A DNA stretch of 64,000 nt. Source: Squalus acanthias. Taxonomy: Eukaryota. The stretch lies in the NCBI GenBank assembly GCA_030390025.1, contig CM059432.1, positions 72,852,001 to 72,916,000 of the forward strand, written 5' to 3'. The translations under genes and the position numbers were made by a program. Below, in pieces: positions 61,728 to 64,000 of the stretch (positions are counted from its first letter, which is position 1; each line of letters begins with the position of its first letter). The notes beneath the pieces are model-generated. The model was not told the origin of the DNA. It searched no databases and worked only from the letters and a program-made list of their open reading frames with translations.

Positions 61728-63474
61728 GGGCTGGATTTTGCGGGGGGTCAGCGGGCACGATCGGTGGCGGGTCGGGTGGGAAAGTGTTTTTTTCCGCTAG
61801 CGGGTCGGGACACTGCTGTGAACCCGCCGCCACACGCCTTAACCAAATGTCGGGTCGTCAGCGGTGAGCAGACCCGACATGCAGCGGCGGGGGAGGCAAT
61901 TAAAGTAATTAGTGGCTTGTTTACAGCCACTCATCAATGGTTTTTTTCTCAGCTTTTTGGATTTGACAGGTCGCCCACCAGTTTCTCGCTGTGCCGAGAC
62001 CTCGTCTGTGAAGCTGAGGCAGGAGGTCAGTGGCCATTGAATCAGCTGATGAGTTGACAGCTTCAAATGTCAAGTCAAAGCTCCCAGCTGATTGAGAAAT
62101 GTTCCCTTAACTACTTGCTTCTCTAAACTGCATTTCCACTACAGATTCAGAATGCTGCAAGTCTTTACACAAGTCTCCATCCAGTCTGACCTCATTACCT
62201 CTCTCACCATTGACACATCGCTTCTGTCATCTATACTTCACCTGCCATCTATTCCATCAGCATAGGTGCCCTTGAAACTCTCTCACCTTGGTCCTCAGAA
62301 TCCCACCACGATCAGCCCAACACCAGCATCACCAGGCACACTAGCAGCACCAACAACAACACCAACCTTCTCTGCAATCAAGTGATGCTGCACAGGACAC
62401 AAGGCATCAGCACCCAAGCACATTGCTTCACGGGAGGCCAGGGCCAGATTTACTTCAATTGACGCTGTACACCCTGGCTGCCACACGGTTGGCACTACCC
62501 CACACCAACACCATAAAGCATCCCTACAATGTCCAAGCCATTCCTTTCACACTCATCACCATTGCAGGGGGTACCGTTATGTCTCACCATTCACTGCAAC
62601 TCACTAAGCCACGCCCAAAGGTGCACACAAATCTGTCCAAGATCGCAAAGTGTTGAAAATAAAGGTTTCAATGTTTGACACCACATTAACAGAAACTTTA
62701 CATGAACATTGCATAAAACACCCAAATGCCTACCCTTGTGTGTTGTTTGTTGGCATGATTGCACTAGGATGAAGGTGAGTGTGAGGGGAGGCTAGTGAGA
62801 TGGGGATGTGATAATGTAGATAGAGAGGGATGGGTGGAGGTGCAAGGTAAGTTGGTGTGAGTAAGGATGTGCAGGAGTAGGGTAGGGAAGGCAGAGTGAT
62901 GGGGATGTGATGAGAGGCACAGCAAGATGAGGTTGAATATGGCTTTGTACTAACGTTTCGTGATCTACTGAGATCATTGAAACATTCGCGGCACTGCACC
63001 CAGGTCCTCCTGACCACATCCCTGCTTGTGCCCTCCTCTGCAATGTGCAACTAGGCTGTGTTGATCTCCTAGGGAGGTCTCTTCTGCCCATTGGAAGGGA
63101 AGAGGACCTCCCTGTGTGCTGTGACTCCCTCCATTAGCACATGGAAGGAGTCATGGGAGAGCCTGGGTGCAGCCCTGCACCTCTGTGCAGTGATTGTCAG
63201 TGTTTGCAGTACCTCAATGCTGTAGAACACTGACAGCACAAATGTCAAAAGAAAGTTGGCCATGATCCCTTTAAGGAAACCAGCTGATGACGCGTCATCA
63301 ATTGACGTCACCAGACCCGCTTCCTCTAATTGGCCGGGAAACGCGCTGGGTCGGCTTAACAAGCCCAATCACGGTAAATTTATTTCAGAGGCCGGGATGG
63401 AGACAGCAGCGGGGTCGCGACCCGCCACCGACATCGCTCACCACAAACCCGCCGAGGTTCGTAAAATCCAGCCC
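61728..63474. mobile_element. Internally deleted non-autonomous Harbinger (copy 3), TSD CAT
   Basis: TIR GGGCTGGATTTT. CAT at 61725-61727 and 63475-63477. Collinear with copy 1 except for two large deletions. Confidence 0.95.
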
Positions 63475-63677
63475 CATGTTTCACCAGCAAACAGCAGAAC
63501 CTTAAGGCCAACCAATTAACATATCTGCAGCTTAAGTTATGATAAGCCCCATGCCCACTACATTTTTGGTGTAACCACAAGTCATATGAATATATTTACG
63601 TTTATGCGACTGTTGAAGCTTTTTTGATGATGTTGTCAGCTTTTACTGGTTTTCTGGGTTGGCATGCCTGACAAGGT

Positions 63678-64000
63678 ACGGTAGCATAGTGTTACTAGAC
63701 TAGTAATCCAGGAGGCCTGAACTAATTATCCAGAGACATGAGTTCAAATCCACTACGGCAGCTGAGGAGTTTAAATTTAATTAATTAAATAAATCTGGAA
63801 TAAAAAGCTAGTATCGGTTATGGTGACCATGAAACTACCTCCCAAACCCGCGAACTCTTCCACCTAGAAGGACAAGGGCAGCAGGCGCATGGGAACACCA
63901 CCACCTCCAAGTTCCCCTCCAAGTCACACACCATCCTGACTTAGAAGTATATCGCCAATCCTTCATCGTCACTGGGTCAAAATCCTGGAACTCCCTCCCT
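63678..64000 (+). mobile_element. SINE-like derivative of LINE A: tRNA-like head fused to LINE A 3' region, runs off the window
   Basis: 63678-63839 matches the reverse complement of 23381-23546. 63837-64000 matches 3584-3745. Confidence 0.88.

Overview
This is eukaryotic, vertebrate DNA, most likely from a cartilaginous fish (shark). That call rests on the repeat families: CR1, L2, RTE and L1/Tx1-like LINEs, Deu-domain SINEs, Penelope elements, Harbinger transposons with their MITEs, and solo LTRs. Most of the window is nested, decayed transposable elements. A CpG-rich promoter-like island near 15.0-15.2 kb is flanked by two different minisatellites. Candidate small exons of an unidentified minus-strand gene run leftwards from it, and weaker candidate exons of a plus-strand gene lie to the right. 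The most unusual observations are four. (1) A 554-bp insertion at 48468-49021, bounded by a perfect 15-bp target-site duplication (TSD), consists of a short leader, tRNA-Val(AAC), a spacer without a terminator, tRNA-Leu(CAG), a TTTT Pol III terminator, an L1/Tx1-like 3' end and an A-tail. It looks like a retrotransposed dicistronic pre-tRNA/LINE chimera or a two-tRNA SINE. (2) A LINE lacking ORF1 has a tRNA-like (A/B box) 5' end, and several SINE-like deletion derivatives of it occur in the same window. (3) Penelope pseudo-LTRs carry minimal hammerhead ribozyme motifs. (4) A near-intact two-gene Harbinger has a spliced Myb/SANT partner ending in an AT-hook-like motif and a basic tail. All family names come from motif recognition by eye, not database searches. 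Boundaries without a TSD are approximate.
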